A DNA stretch of 49,113 nucleotides, taken from positions 1 to 49,113 of the forward strand of contig JBDRIM010000073.1 in assembly GCA_043816005.1 (NCBI GenBank), given 5' to 3'. Within the stretch, counting starts at the first letter, position 1. Every line of letters begins with the position of its first letter. The position numbers and the translations under genes are program-made. This DNA comes from Candidatus Micrarchaeota archaeon (lineage in GTDB: Archaea; Micrarchaeota; Micrarchaeia; Anstonellales; Bilamarchaeaceae). Of the stretch, positions 48,232 to 49,113 are shown one piece after another. The notes under the pieces are model-generated. The model ran no database searches and was not told the origin of the DNA. It saw nothing but the letters and a program-made list of their open reading frames with translations.

Positions 48232-48705
48232 ATGGTTCTAAAGTTTAGTGCGTTACCACCAGAGCGAAAACAAGAAATGCTACGGTTAGTTGAAAGATGG
48301 CACGGTATAAGTCACGAACCAAAAAATCGACCAGAATCTCGTATTTTAATTGATTCTTTAAAATTATTAGCTACTGCTGGTGCTCGTCATGCATTTCTTC
48401 GAAGAGCATCGCATGATACACAAGATGAAAAGGATATACTTCAAATAGCATTTCTCACTGGTGAAAATTATCAAGGAAAAGGCGCACTTGGTATTGACGA
48501 TGCACAAATGCTTTTAGACCTAGTTCGTGAAGTAACTCGTCTAGTTCCAATCCCACCAAATCTTACTAACACTGCAATCATGCGTGCTGCCCAAGCTTTT
48601 TTACATCAAATTCCTACTCATGAAGAAAGAGATTATTTGTGGGATCAACTAATGCCTGCTCTAATGAATTTAGATCCTGCTGTATTCCAAGGTAGTTTAT
48701 TCTGA
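48232..48705 (+). CDS. Hypothetical protein
   Basis: 157-aa ORF with tttataa TATA upstream. Confidence 0.65.
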   Translation: MVLKFSALPPERKQEMLRLVERWHGISHEPKNRPESRILIDSLKLLATAGARHAFLRRASHDTQDEKDILQIAFLTGENYQGKGALGIDDAQMLLDLVREVTRLVPIPPNLTNTAIMRAAQAFLHQIPTHEERDYLWDQLMPALMNLDPAVFQGSLF

Positions 48706-48738
48706 AGTTATTTAAACTTTCTTGGCCAACAACTATTT

Positions 48739-48993
48739 ATGTCTGACAGGTCTGGAGAAATAATTACAGAACTCAAATCAATTGGAGTTACTGAGTATGA
48801 TGCACTTGTTATAGCTGATTGCATCGTAACTCGTAAATCCTGTTCCTGGATTAATACGGACCATGTCGATGATAAGGTTCTTATGAATATTACTAATTTA
48901 GTAAAAAAGAACAACTATGGAATCAGTATAAAAGTCGATGCGATTCCAACACGAAGTAAATTTATGTGGGAAGTAAAGGTCATTAAATCCTGA
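48739..48993 (+). CDS. Hypothetical protein
   Basis: 84-aa ORF with tttaaa TATA upstream. Confidence 0.65.
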   Translation: MSDRSGEIITELKSIGVTEYDALVIADCIVTRKSCSWINTDHVDDKVLMNITNLVKKNNYGISIKVDAIPTRSKFMWEVKVIKS

Positions 48994-49000
48994 ATATATA

Positions 49001-49113
49001 TCATTCGTCAGAAAATGCTTTTTTAATTGCTAAACCTTCATCATATCTTCCAACGAAAATTGGCAGGAGATGGTTGCAAGCTTCTACTACTTCTTCTATC
49101 TCATGATCGGTTG
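49001..49113 (-). CDS. C-terminal end of a CDS entering from the right edge
   Basis: Open frame TDHEIEEVVEACNHLLPIFVGRYDEGLAIKKAFSDE ending in TGA at 49001-49003. Confidence 0.5.
   Translation of the reverse strand, partial: TDHEIEEVVEACNHLLPIFVGRYDEGLAIKKAFSDE

Noticed and set aside
258..48914. Numerous 60-160 aa antisense or alternative-frame ORFs in the track (e.g. 436-756, 8145-8447, 27689-28174)
   Set aside because: They shadow well-supported genes and have no motifs

Overview
AT-rich archaeal chromosomal window. Gene content (PCNA, aIF5B, RadA, PurP, DTD2, CTP-dependent RibK, FtsZ, class I GAPDH, VirB2-like pilin, noncanonical tRNA intron, many orphan ORFs) suggests a DPANN lineage, most plausibly Micrarchaeota; this is inferred, not searched. 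About 50 CDS, including a Tad-like ATPase/platform pair and a GDP-heptose/glycosylation cluster. Non-coding content is the most interesting part: (1) a tRNA-Val(GAC) split by a ~50-nt noncanonical intron and a 217-nt multi-hairpin intron; (2) a dispersed family of GAAC...GTTC mini-hairpins found in that intron and in intergenic DNA, which at two gene boundaries (HTH regulator start, ftsZ stop) sit in the same 'direct repeat - inverted copy - hairpin - direct repeat' fold-back duplication; (3) two box C/D guide sRNAs, one predicted to target 23S Um2552. No CRISPR-Cas, integrase or transposase is visible.
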